Assembly (NCBI GenBank): GCA_003564915.1
Contig: PXDX01000118.1
Location: 1-41,206 of the forward strand
Origin: a candidate division WWE3 bacterium
GTDB taxonomy: Bacteria; Patescibacteriota; WWE3; UBA101185; UBA10185
Direction of reading: 5' to 3'
DNA length: 41,206 nt
Shown: positions 8,519 to 17,434 of the stretch, piece after piece
How the letters are laid out: each line of letters starts with the position of its first letter
How positions within the stretch are numbered: the stretch's first letter is position 1
Notes under the pieces: generated by a model
What the model was told of the DNA's origin: nothing
Databases searched by the model: none
Seen by the model: only the letters and a program-made list of their open reading frames with translations
Translations under genes and position numbers: made by a program

Positions 8519-9298
8519 ATGCGGTATAAGCCTAAAAAGTCATTAGGTCAAAATTTTATGATAAATGACCAGATCGCAAGATATATGGTTTATTCCCTTG
8601 ATCCCGAACCCGGAGATGACGTTGTTGAGATAGGTGCAGGCCTCGGAGCTTTAACAAGACATCTCTCGAAGGCTTTGTATGAGCCCGATTCCCACATATA
8701 TGCCATAGATATTGATGCACGATTTACTTCCAAGCTGGAAGCCATGTTCGGAAGCTCGTTGAATGTTCGGGTAGTTGAGGCCGATATACTTGAATGGCTG
8801 CCCGATAAGGAATTTGTTGGCGATTTCAAAGTTCTAGGTTCTTTGCCGTATTATATTACTTCTCCTATTTTGCATATGCTTGTAAAACTTCATAGGAGGC
8901 CCACTAAAAGCGTCTTATTGATACAAAAGGAGGTAGGTGAAAAGATAGCGGCTCAATCGCCCGATGCCTCATATCTTTCAGTGTTCCTGCAGACCTTTTT
9001 TGAAGTTACTTACTTAAAGACCGTTTCCAGGGAGATTTTCAAGCCTACACCAAAGGTTGATGGCGCAATAGTTTCTTTGGATAGGGTAGATGTGGAGGAA
9101 CCTTTCGATAATCAGGAAAACATTGAACTATATGAAAAATTTCTTCATCGTGGTTTTTCTTTTCCCAGGAAGATGTTGAACAAGGTTTTTTCAAAAAAGG
9201 AATTGGAAGTAATTGATCTTAACCCGACACTAAGACCGCAAGCTGTTCCGGTAGACTCCTGGAAAGAAGTGTTCATAAAACTAACCGATAAGAAGTAA
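8519..9298 (+). CDS. rsmA: 16S rRNA m6(2)A1518/1519 dimethyltransferase
   Basis: KKSLGQNFM, VVEIGAGLGALT, GSLPYYITS, QKEV, F.PTPKVD. ATG 8519 follows TATAAT-6nt. Confidence 0.95.
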   Translation: MRYKPKKSLGQNFMINDQIARYMVYSLDPEPGDDVVEIGAGLGALTRHLSKALYEPDSHIYAIDIDARFTSKLEAMFGSSLNVRVVEADILEWLPDKEFVGDFKVLGSLPYYITSPILHMLVKLHRRPTKSVLLIQKEVGEKIAAQSPDASYLSVFLQTFFEVTYLKTVSREIFKPTPKVDGAIVSLDRVDVEEPFDNQENIELYEKFLHRGFSFPRKMLNKVFSKKELEVIDLNPTLRPQAVPVDSWKEVFIKLTDKK

Positions 9299-9400
9299 CG
9301 CAGGTTTTTAAGAAGTAAAATTTGAGGAAGCCTCCCGCGTGACCAACAAAGGGGAAGCTCCCCCAAAAGGAAAACCCATCTCCTGATCCTCCTTGCACAT

Positions 9401-9429
9401 AATTTATTAGATAATCTCATATAAGTCAA
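9401..9429 (-). promoter_or_regulatory. sigma70 promoter with no annotated downstream gene
   Basis: Minus strand TTGACT-17nt-TAAATT, the same hexamers and spacing as the promoter at 34081-34109. Confidence 0.6.
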
Positions 9430-9460
9430 ATTTTTATTGGATTGTGTGTATACTTAAAAC

Positions 9461-10093
9461 ATGGGTAAAAAGAGATACTCACAGGAAATTGCTTCCAGAA
9501 TGAAGAAGAACTACCCGTCCCCTAGAACGGAGCTAGAGTACGAGAATGAAATGCAGCTCTTTATTGCGGTCTTGCTTTCTTCGCAGACAACCGACACAAA
9601 AGTCAATGAGGTAACGGGATCCCTCTTTTCTAAGTATGAATCTTGGGCCGATATTGCCGAGGCAGATGAGGAGGAGCTTGAGAAAGATCTGTATGGGGTT
9701 AATTTCCATAAGACCAAGGCCAGGAGAGTAAAAAAGTGCGCACAATTGATTGAGGATAGATTTGGGGGAGAAGTCCCAGATAATATGGAAGATCTTACAT
9801 CCCTTCCCGGCATAGCAAGGAAAAGTGCTAACGTGATCCTGCAGGAGCTTTGGGATATCGCAGAAGGTATTGTTGTAGATACCCATGTGAGCAGGGTGAG
9901 TAAAAGATTGGGACTGGTGGATACTGATAATGCTAAGAAGATAGAGAGAAAGCTAATGGATCTGATACCCAAAAGCTACTGGAGAAACTTTTCCGGAGCA
10001 ATGGTTCTTCATGGGAGGTATATTTGTGTAGCTAGAAAGCCAAAATGCAGCGAATGTTTTCTAAACGATATCTGCCCCTCCTCGAGGGTTTAG
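9461..10093 (+). CDS. nth: endonuclease III
   Basis: LLSSQTTD..VN, HhH LPGIARKSAN, VDTHV, and Fe-S motif C-x6-C-x2-C-x5-C. Confidence 0.97.
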   Translation: MGKKRYSQEIASRMKKNYPSPRTELEYENEMQLFIAVLLSSQTTDTKVNEVTGSLFSKYESWADIAEADEEELEKDLYGVNFHKTKARRVKKCAQLIEDRFGGEVPDNMEDLTSLPGIARKSANVILQELWDIAEGIVVDTHVSRVSKRLGLVDTDNAKKIERKLMDLIPKSYWRNFSGAMVLHGRYICVARKPKCSECFLNDICPSSRV

Positions 10094-10095
10094 TG

Positions 10096-11127
10096 CTACC
10101 ACTCTATAGTTATCATTCCCCACTTACGTGAGTTGGCTTCGAGAAAACGAAACGGTCCTCCAGTGGGAAAAGTGTACTCAAAATATTCCCCCGGTTCTAT
10201 TGGAACATCATCATTAAGATTTTCATAACCTTTGTCTAAAGGGCGAAGTATTATGGCTTCCAAGGATGAATTTACCCAGCGCACCCTTTGACCTTTAACG
10301 GGATTTAGATGACCCTTCTCCCATTCACCAAATTCGGTGAACACTATTTCATAAATTTCCTGTTGCCGTTCTTTTTGTATTGGGGTTAATTCTCTTTCTT
10401 TTGGTTCCAGGTCATTCTCGTCATCAAAATCCTCCAATATCGGAGATGTGCGCCTTCTTTCCGTGAATCCAGCCTCCAAAACCTCTTCTTTGATCAATCT
10501 TTCCAGATGTTCCGGGTCCGTGATATCAAGTTCTTCTCCGTTTAGAAAGAAAGCGGGGGTATAAGTGATTCCCAGGTTTTCCGCATTGGAAATATCGGCT
10601 TCAATGACCGCATCAAATTTTGAATCTTCCATATCAGCGGAAAATTTTTCTTCATCCAGTCCAAGCACGTCCGCTATCAAGATCAAATCGCTTTTGTTCG
10701 GTATTCTCTCAAGTTTCCACGAGAAAATTTCATCCAGATAATCCCAGAATCTACCTTGTTCTCCGGCAACTTGAGCTGCTTTTGCCACCAAAATAGCATT
10801 AGGTTCGGAGGTGTAAGGACGGATAGCTATGCTCAAATGAGAGCGGTAATCTTGATATAAGGATAACATCGCGCCATAGTAATCCAGTTCTGATTTTGAT
10901 GTGTAATCAGAGAACATTACTAGGACTAAAGGAGCGTTCGGCACTCCTTTCAAATAAGTATGCGGGGCAATAACATCCGTCTCTCTGATCGCTGTTAGGT
11001 CGGGGGATTCAGATCTCCTTGTTTGAGATATCCCAATAATGATGATAAAGACAGTTAGAAGTAAGGTTCCGGTAACGAAAATTGGCAAGTTTCTTTTTAT
11101 GAGTTTTAAGTAATTCTTCTTTTTCAT
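10096..11127 (-). CDS. membrane-anchored DsbA/thioredoxin-fold protein fused to a cupredoxin-like domain, cysteine-free
   Basis: KG.PNAPLVLVMFSDY, AAQVAGEQGRFW and GITYTPAFFLNG match DsbA/BdbD. The C-terminal GQRVRWVN...IEPGEYFEYTF..GG.F.F...GMITIE matches a plastocyanin-like fold. Confidence 0.8.
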   Translation of the reverse strand: MKKKNYLKLIKRNLPIFVTGTLLLTVFIIIIGISQTRRSESPDLTAIRETDVIAPHTYLKGVPNAPLVLVMFSDYTSKSELDYYGAMLSLYQDYRSHLSIAIRPYTSEPNAILVAKAAQVAGEQGRFWDYLDEIFSWKLERIPNKSDLILIADVLGLDEEKFSADMEDSKFDAVIEADISNAENLGITYTPAFFLNGEELDITDPEHLERLIKEEVLEAGFTERRRTSPILEDFDDENDLEPKERELTPIQKERQQEIYEIVFTEFGEWEKGHLNPVKGQRVRWVNSSLEAIILRPLDKGYENLNDDVPIEPGEYFEYTFPTGGPFRFLEANSRKWGMITIEW

Positions 11128-11129
11128 AT

Positions 11130-12074
11130 TTAAATTTTATGGATAGGCTCTTGACCTTTGATAAGAACTTTTATAATATTTTCTGCCACCATTCTGGCCA
11201 TCTGTATTCTAGCTTCTTTGGTTGCACTTGCAATATGTGGAGTAAGGACAACGTTGTCCAGATTAATTAATTCCTCCGGAATTTTAGGCTCATCCTCAAA
11301 TACGTCCAGACCGGCTCCCGCTATCCATTTTTCCCGCAGAGCGCGTATCAAGGATTTCTCGTTAATTACCGGACCTCTAGATGTATTTATTAAAAGGGAA
11401 GTAGGTTTCATTTTTTTCAGCTCAGGCTCATCAATAAGATGGCGGGTTTCTTCTGTAAGTGAGCAATTAAGCGAAACAACATCCGATATTTCCAGAAGTT
11501 CATCCAGGGAAAGGAACGATGCCCCCGAGGAGGGCTTCTTGAACCTGCTGTTATAGACTATTCTCATTCCAAATCCTTTTTGGCACATCTCCGCTACGTA
11601 TTGACCTATCCTACCAAAGCCAACTACTCCGAGCGTTTTTCCTATAAATGTTGTTCCTAAGAACAGCATGGGATCCCAAAATTCATACTCTCCTTTTCTG
11701 ATATATTTATCTGCCTGAACTATATTTCTACCAACCGCTGTCATGAGAGCTATCGTGTGTTCCGCAACCGATTGGGTTAGATCCCCCGGAGTATTTGAGA
11801 CGTATATTCCCTTCTTTTCTGCTGCGTAAGTATCTATATGATCGTATCCAACAGAGAAGGCCGCAATTATTTTTAAGTTCTTTCCTGCGTTGATGATGTC
11901 TTCATCTATAACGTCAGGTATAACGGGAACAATTGCATGCACATCCCGTACCGATTCTATTAGCTCTTCCCTTGACAGGGGAGGACCGTTTCTGCAGTCT
12001 ATTTCCAGATCGGCATGTTCCTGTAACATTCTTATCCCTGCCTTTGGAATTTCTCGAGTGATCAGAATTTTCAT
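11130..12074 (-). CDS. D-isomer 2-hydroxyacid dehydrogenase (glyoxylate/hydroxypyruvate reductase type)
   Basis: VGYDHID, NTPG, GFGRIG, INTSRGPVI, LDVFEDEP, TPHIASAT. Confidence 0.92.
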   Translation of the reverse strand: MKILITREIPKAGIRMLQEHADLEIDCRNGPPLSREELIESVRDVHAIVPVIPDVIDEDIINAGKNLKIIAAFSVGYDHIDTYAAEKKGIYVSNTPGDLTQSVAEHTIALMTAVGRNIVQADKYIRKGEYEFWDPMLFLGTTFIGKTLGVVGFGRIGQYVAEMCQKGFGMRIVYNSRFKKPSSGASFLSLDELLEISDVVSLNCSLTEETRHLIDEPELKKMKPTSLLINTSRGPVINEKSLIRALREKWIAGAGLDVFEDEPKIPEELINLDNVVLTPHIASATKEARIQMARMVAENIIKVLIKGQEPIHKI

Positions 12075-12122
12075 AATTTTATGTTAGCACAATAGGGATC
12101 AGTTTAGGTAATGCCGTGATTA

Positions 12123-13091
12123 TTACTCAAGCGCCTCGATCTCTTCCTTACTTAAGAGACCGTTGATAGCACCTATTTTTCTTATTACATGGGAGGAATT
12201 AATCGATCCCCACCTCATAGCTGTCTTTAAGGACTTGCCGTAGTGGAGAGCCGAGATGAAAGCCCCTGTGTACGAATCTCCCGCTCCGGTCTTATCCACT
12301 ATCTCCGTGTCCTTGCTGTATATTTTTTCCGTTTCCATAATATTCCCGTCATGGGAAGTTGATCCGTCTGATCCCAAGGTAATTATTGTAACTTTAGGGC
12401 CCAGTTTTTGGAGCTTCTCATGAAGTCTCTCCACATCTTTTTCTTTGATGTCAGTAAGCCTTTGGGCTTCCTCTTTGTTCACAAAAAGTACGTCCGTAAC
12501 TTCCAGAATATTCTTTAACGAATCAACTCCCTCCCGTAACTGTTGTGTACCCGGATTAAATATAACCCCGATCTCCGGATTGTCCTTTATATAATTGATC
12601 AGTTGCGCTTGAAAATCGTCAAAACCTTTTGCCAAGGAAGAATAGAAAATCCATTTGGGAACAGGCCAATCATATAATTTATAATCTCTTTTTTCATGAT
12701 AAGAAAATATTGTTCTTTCTCCTCCCCTCCCGCTTACTATTACCGCATGCACATTTGTGGGGCTGTTTTTGTTCTTGATACAATAGGATGTATTTATACC
12801 CATCTCTTTAAGCTCTTCCTCGATCCTATCTCCGTTGGCGTCTTGACCCAGCTCAGTGTAGATAGCTGTTTTTACTCCCATCCTAGTGCAGGCGACCGCT
12901 ACATTACAGGAATTCCCGGCTATAGATGTTTTAAATCTATCCACTGGGACCTTACTTCCGTGTAAAAAACAGATTTCGGATTTTCCCTCTACTTCCATTT
13001 CTGTGGCAATATAATTTCTATCTATTTTCATGAAGAGATCTATTGAACTGTCTCCTATAGTAAGGAGGTCGATTCCATTGTTTTTATTCAT
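12123..13091 (-). CDS. PfkB-family carbohydrate kinase
   Basis: GNSCNVAVACTRMG and DKTGAGDSY PfkB signatures. Confidence 0.92.
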   Translation of the reverse strand: MNKNNGIDLLTIGDSSIDLFMKIDRNYIATEMEVEGKSEICFLHGSKVPVDRFKTSIAGNSCNVAVACTRMGVKTAIYTELGQDANGDRIEEELKEMGINTSYCIKNKNSPTNVHAVIVSGRGGERTIFSYHEKRDYKLYDWPVPKWIFYSSLAKGFDDFQAQLINYIKDNPEIGVIFNPGTQQLREGVDSLKNILEVTDVLFVNKEEAQRLTDIKEKDVERLHEKLQKLGPKVTIITLGSDGSTSHDGNIMETEKIYSKDTEIVDKTGAGDSYTGAFISALHYGKSLKTAMRWGSINSSHVIRKIGAINGLLSKEEIEALE

Positions 13092-14043
13092 TCTTGATCT
13101 TATCTAAGATAATTTTCTTGATACCTTCTTTATCCATTCTATATTTTTTCTTTAGTTCTTCAAAGGAGCCTGATTCTCCAAACTCGTTATTCATGCCTAC
13201 TCTACTGATAAGGTATTTTTCTCTCTCCTCTGAAAGCATTTCACATATTAGGCTACCGAATCCCGCATCAATTTGGTGTTCCTCTATAGTTATTATTTTT
13301 CTGATACCGCCCAAGCTCTTTAAAAGGTCTTTGATATTAAAAGGCTTTATGGTCGGACAATTTATTACTCTCACCGTATTCGGGTGTTTTTTGTTGATTT
13401 CCTGGGCCGCGTTGAGCCCGTCGGATACTATAGTTCCAGTTCCCACTAGAGCAATTTTCTCTCCTTTCTCCATGATCCTCATCTTTCCTATCTTAAAGGA
13501 GTGTTGGGGAGTTGTTATAACTTCGGTTTTTGCGCGGCTTAACCTAACGTATACGGGTCCCTCTATTTCGAAGGCGGCCTTTACAGCTCTCTTTGCTTCC
13601 CAGAAATCGCATGGGGAAAGTATTTTTACGTTTGGGAGAGCTCTCATTATAGCTATATCTTCCAAAGATTGATGGGTAGCGCCGTCTCTGTCGGCAGACA
13701 AGCCCGTGTGCGTAGCGAACATTTTGACATTGGCATCGTTGTAGCAAATACTGACCCGTATTTGATCCCAGTTTCTTCCCGGAGAAAAGACACCAAACGA
13801 TGCCATAACAGGTATCTTGCCCGTAAAAGAAAGTCCCGCAGCTACTGAGGCCATGTTTTGCTCGGCTACTCCGACCTCGATGAACCTTTCAGGATATTTT
13901 TTAGCGAAAGGCAGTATTCTTGTGGATTCGGCTAAATCGGCTGAAATTACAACTATTTTGCTATTTTCTTTGGCCAAATCCAGTAATGTTTCTCCGAAAG
14001 CATCTCTGGTCGATCTAAGTTCTCTCTTTGTACTTTTACTCAT
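13084..14043 (-). CDS. transketolase, C-terminal subunit
   Basis: SADLAEST, EVGVAEQNM, DGATHQSLED, EEHQ...GFG. Confidence 0.95.
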   Translation of the reverse strand: MSKSTKRELRSTRDAFGETLLDLAKENSKIVVISADLAESTRILPFAKKYPERFIEVGVAEQNMASVAAGLSFTGKIPVMASFGVFSPGRNWDQIRVSICYNDANVKMFATHTGLSADRDGATHQSLEDIAIMRALPNVKILSPCDFWEAKRAVKAAFEIEGPVYVRLSRAKTEVITTPQHSFKIGKMRIMEKGEKIALVGTGTIVSDGLNAAQEINKKHPNTVRVINCPTIKPFNIKDLLKSLGGIRKIITIEEHQIDAGFGSLICEMLSEEREKYLISRVGMNNEFGESGSFEELKKKYRMDKEGIKKIILDKIKNE

Positions 14044-14062
14044 AAGGGCAGTTCCAAATTAG

Positions 14063-14251
14063 TTAGGGAAGCCTTTGGGGCATCTGAGTTTCCTCACTGA
14101 CTTCCCTTCCTTCCAGGGAGGAACGGTCTCCGGCACTAGCGGAATCTCCTACAATATCGGCTCCAAATAGAAAATATCCTGCTCCAACGATCAGTGTGAT
14201 CAATATTATTATTGGGAGAAGGTTTATGTATTGCTTTAATTTAGTCTTCAT
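14063..14251 (-). CDS. small single-TM hypothetical protein
   Basis: 62 aa with a basic N-terminus and one hydrophobic helix. It overlaps the transketolase-N stop and fills the gap between the two transketolase halves. Confidence 0.65.
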   Translation of the reverse strand: MKTKLKQYINLLPIIILITLIVGAGYFLFGADIVGDSASAGDRSSLEGREVSEETQMPQRLP

Positions 14252-15095
14252 TTATCTTTTTCTTTAATTTTTTAATTTCTTCGATCGCTTTTTCTGCCTC
14301 TTTAGGGGAGGGAGGCTTGCCGTGCCAAGAAGGATCGTCTTCCATAAAGCTCACTCCTTTTCCAGGCACAGTATGGGCAATTATAGCAGTTGGACGTTTT
14401 GAAATCCTTTTGGCCATAGAAAACGAGCTTTTGATCTCGTCTATACTATGACCGTCTATTTCCAGAACATACCAGTTGAAGCTTTCAATCTTATCCCTTA
14501 GATTTTCCAAAGGCATTACTTGTTTTGTGAAACCGCCTATTTGGATAAGATTTCGGTCGATGATCCAGGTAAGATTATCGAGTTTATATTTCGCTGCCAG
14601 CATCGCCGCTTCCCAGGTTTGCCCTTCGTTTAGCTCTCCATCGCTGGTCATAACATAAGTACGGTTATCTGATTTACTCATCTTTAGCCCTAATGCCGTA
14701 CCAACAGCAACAGATATTCCTTGACCCAAAGAACCCCCCGCAGTTTCAACACCCGGTGTTTTACGATCCGGATGTCCTTGCAAAAGAGAATTTATTTGGC
14801 GGAAGCGATTCATTTCACTTGGGTCAAAGAAACCTCTTTCTGATAATGCAGCGTACAGAATAGGGCAGATATGCCCATTGGAGAGAAAGAATCTGTCCCT
14901 AGATGTTTTTTCCGGTTTTTTTGGATCTATTTTTAGTTCGGAGAAGTAAAGAACCGTGAAGATCTCCGCGGTCCCTAAGGAGCCGGCCGTATGTCCGGAT
15001 TTTGCCTTTTCCAAGCTTTTTATAACCGTAATTCTTAGATCATGCGCAATTTTCTGTAGTCTATCGTTGTTGTCTGCGGGCAGTTTCTTGGCCAT
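14241..15095 (-). CDS. transketolase, N-terminal subunit
   Basis: SGHTAGSLG, DRFFLSNGH, LQGHP, TPP motif SDGELNEG...N, T.PGKGVSFME...WHG. Confidence 0.95.
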   Translation of the reverse strand: MAKKLPADNNDRLQKIAHDLRITVIKSLEKAKSGHTAGSLGTAEIFTVLYFSELKIDPKKPEKTSRDRFFLSNGHICPILYAALSERGFFDPSEMNRFRQINSLLQGHPDRKTPGVETAGGSLGQGISVAVGTALGLKMSKSDNRTYVMTSDGELNEGQTWEAAMLAAKYKLDNLTWIIDRNLIQIGGFTKQVMPLENLRDKIESFNWYVLEIDGHSIDEIKSSFSMAKRISKRPTAIIAHTVPGKGVSFMEDDPSWHGKPPSPKEAEKAIEEIKKLKKKINED

Positions 15096-15103
15096 ATGAT
15101 TTC

Positions 15104-15670
15104 TTATTCTTTTTTATCTAATTTTTGGATGTAACTAAGAACTTCTTCGGGAGTTGAGCATATTTGAAGTAACTCGATCTCTCCCGGCCTCATAAGCATA
15201 TTTTTCTTAATCGATTCAACAATTTCCTCCCAAAAACTTCCGAACAGGATTATGGGTTTATGGTTCCCTTCGTGGATACGTGAACTAGCCCAGCTCATTC
15301 CCAACTCACTTATTGTTCCCGTACTGCCGTTAAAAACAATGTGCACATCATTGTTTTGAAGCATGACCTTGGTTCTATCAAAGTAGTCAAGTGTAACGAT
15401 CTCATCATCGAATGGGTTTTCAGGATCCACGCCCTCATAGTTGGCTTTTTTCTTGTTTGGGTGGTAAGTAACAACAATAACGTTCTGACCGGCTGCTTTA
15501 GCTCCCATTGTTGCAGCCCTCATAACGCCCGGACCCCCTCCGTTCATGATTTTGTATCCGTTTTCGGCCAGTAATTTGGCTGTATCGTAAGCTTCTTTAA
15601 ATACTTTAGAATCGTTTTCCCAGGAGGCTCCTCCGAGAAAGACAATCTTTTCTATTTTTCTTTTTTCCAT
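15104..15670 (-). CDS. LOG/YgdH-family nucleotide monophosphate nucleosidase-like protein
   Basis: GGGPGVM and the NGSTGTISE variant of the PGGxGTxxE motif. Confidence 0.8.
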   Translation of the reverse strand: MEKRKIEKIVFLGGASWENDSKVFKEAYDTAKLLAENGYKIMNGGGPGVMRAATMGAKAAGQNVIVVTYHPNKKKANYEGVDPENPFDDEIVTLDYFDRTKVMLQNNDVHIVFNGSTGTISELGMSWASSRIHEGNHKPIILFGSFWEEIVESIKKNMLMRPGEIELLQICSTPEEVLSYIQKLDKKE

Positions 15671-16305
15671 TTATTTAATATCCCTTCAAAATTTTTTAAT
15701 CTATCGTATGGAGATTCTGAATTAAATATTGCAGATCCTATTACAACATTATTGGCTCCGGCATTCAAGACCCGGATCAATGTATTTTCATTTATCCCGC
15801 CATCGACTTGGATTGTCAAATCGGGATAGGTGCTCTTCGCTTCTTTTATTTTTGAAATGATCGAGGGGTTGAATTCTCCTCCTTGTGCTCCGGGATTTAC
15901 CGCCATGAGTTGGATTATATCGAAAAGTTCATTAAATGGGAGCAAATTATCTATAGGCGTTTCCGGGTTGAGGGAAAGCCCCGCTTTAAGCCCCTCCTTC
16001 CGGACTACCCTTAACCATTTTATTAGATCTTTTTCAATTTCAATTTGGGAACTGATACCGTGTATCCTATCCGGCAATTTAGAAGCATCTTTAAGGTAGG
16101 GCAGAGGATCTTTCACCATCAAGTGGATATCAAATTTTTGATCTGGGACTATCTTGAGTATATCCTCAAGGTTTTGGTACGTCAGGCCGTCGACTTGATT
16201 TCCATCGGCAACGTCAATTTGAATTACTGGGGCAGATCCCTTTAATGAATTTATTTGACTCTCTATCTTGTTTAGATCTTTTTCTAGGATTCCCGGTATT
16301 ATCAT
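15652..16305 (-). CDS. rpe: ribulose-phosphate 3-epimerase
   Basis: IDVADG, DIHLMV, GLSLNPETP, MAVNPGAQGGEF, QVDGGI, VIGSAIF. Confidence 0.92.
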   Translation of the reverse strand: MIIPGILEKDLNKIESQINSLKGSAPVIQIDVADGNQVDGLTYQNLEDILKIVPDQKFDIHLMVKDPLPYLKDASKLPDRIHGISSQIEIEKDLIKWLRVVRKEGLKAGLSLNPETPIDNLLPFNELFDIIQLMAVNPGAQGGEFNPSIISKIKEAKSTYPDLTIQVDGGINENTLIRVLNAGANNVVIGSAIFNSESPYDRLKNFEGILNKWKKEK

Positions 16306-16742
16306 TCGGAATACTTTTCTACCTGTCCTAACCTTCTTATATGCCGCTCCTCCCCATGGAATTCTGTTTCCAGCCAGGCTTTGGCTATCTTTAAAGCGCT
16401 CTTTTTACTTATGTAATCGGAAGGTAAGGTTAGGATATTGGTATTATCGTCAGTACGGTGCGATATTGCATGTTTGGGATTCCACGAAAGCCCGGCCCTG
16501 ACCCCTTTAAATCTGTTAGCGAATATCATTACCCCAACGCCGTTTCTACATACGAGGATTCCACGTACATCTTCGCCTTTGACTTTTAGGATAGTTTCTT
16601 TTGTAGTCTCGGGGTAATCATCCTTAGGGTCCAAGCTGTAAGGACCTTCATCGATCACGTCATACCCTTCTTTATCCAAAGCTTTGAGTAGAAAGTTTTT
16701 TAGGTCTAACCCGGCATGATCTGCTGATAAATGTACTTTCAT
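16302..16742 (-). CDS. rpiB: ribose-5-phosphate isomerase B
   Basis: SADHAG, DDYP, GILVCRNGVG, ANRFKGVRA, F.GEERHIRR. ATG 16742 forms an ATGA overlap with the lgt stop. Confidence 0.93.
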   Translation of the reverse strand: MKVHLSADHAGLDLKNFLLKALDKEGYDVIDEGPYSLDPKDDYPETTKETILKVKGEDVRGILVCRNGVGVMIFANRFKGVRAGLSWNPKHAISHRTDDNTNILTLPSDYISKKSALKIAKAWLETEFHGEERHIRRLGQVEKYSE

Positions 16743-17431
16743 CTCTTTGATTTTAACACGTAGACCACGTACGTTACCGAAAAGAATATTGAAAGAAGTG
16801 ATAGAGTTTGGGCGATATTCATATTTCCTAGATACCAATCATCCACCCTTAGAAAGCCTGTCCCAAACCTAACAAGTCCGTAGGAACCCACATATATAGG
16901 TAAAAGAATTCCTTCGGGTAATTTCTTTGTTCTTATATATAGTAGATACATTAGTAAAAATATCAAAGCGCATAACACGGACTCGTAAAGAAATATCGGA
17001 TGATAAGTTCTACCTCCTATGGTCCAACCCCAGGGAAGATCGGTTTCTTTTCCGAATATTTCCTTATTAAAGTAATTCCCCCACCTCCCGATAGCCTGTG
17101 CTAAAGGTATTCCTAAAATCAGAGGATTTAGCCATCTAGTTATGGATTCGCTTTTGAGATTCAAGTAGAGAATAGCAGCTGTGATTCCTCCTATCAGAGC
17201 ACCGAATATCCCTAACCCTCCCCTCCATATGGCGAAAATTTGATAAAGGTTTTCGGAGTAATAGTTCCAGTAGTCTAGGACATGATACGCTCTTGCTCCT
17301 ATGACGGAAGCTATGATAGCAACATTAACCGTGGGATAGAAAAGATCGACATTCAGGCCTTCTCTCTCTACGGCTTTTTTAGAAATTATTATGGCGCCTA
17401 AGACTCCCGAGCTTATTAAAAGTCCGTACAT
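16739..17431 (-). CDS. lgt: prolipoprotein diacylglyceryl transferase
   Basis: YGLL, IGARAYHV, IWRGGLGIFG, QAIGRWGNYFNKEIFG, HPIFLYES. Confidence 0.93.
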   Translation of the reverse strand: MYGLLISSGVLGAIIISKKAVEREGLNVDLFYPTVNVAIIASVIGARAYHVLDYWNYYSENLYQIFAIWRGGLGIFGALIGGITAAILYLNLKSESITRWLNPLILGIPLAQAIGRWGNYFNKEIFGKETDLPWGWTIGGRTYHPIFLYESVLCALIFLLMYLLYIRTKKLPEGILLPIYVGSYGLVRFGTGFLRVDDWYLGNMNIAQTLSLLSIFFSVTYVVYVLKSKR

Positions 17432-17434
17432 TTT

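Noticed and set aside
8830..8860. RsmA SLPY (instead of NLPY) as loss of function
   Set aside because: Ser is within the (N/D/S)-x-P-(Y/F) range of amino-methyltransferases, and the 16S GGAA target loop is intact.
9300..9400. SRP RNA (ffs)
   Set aside because: Lacks the CAGG-GNRA-AGCA helix 8 signature, so it is kept only as an unknown RNA or small ORF.
16739..17431. lgt as an N-terminally truncated pseudogene
   Set aside because: It starts at the conserved YG motif 3 nt after the upstream stop and keeps the RWGN and HP..LYE motifs, so it looks compact rather than broken.
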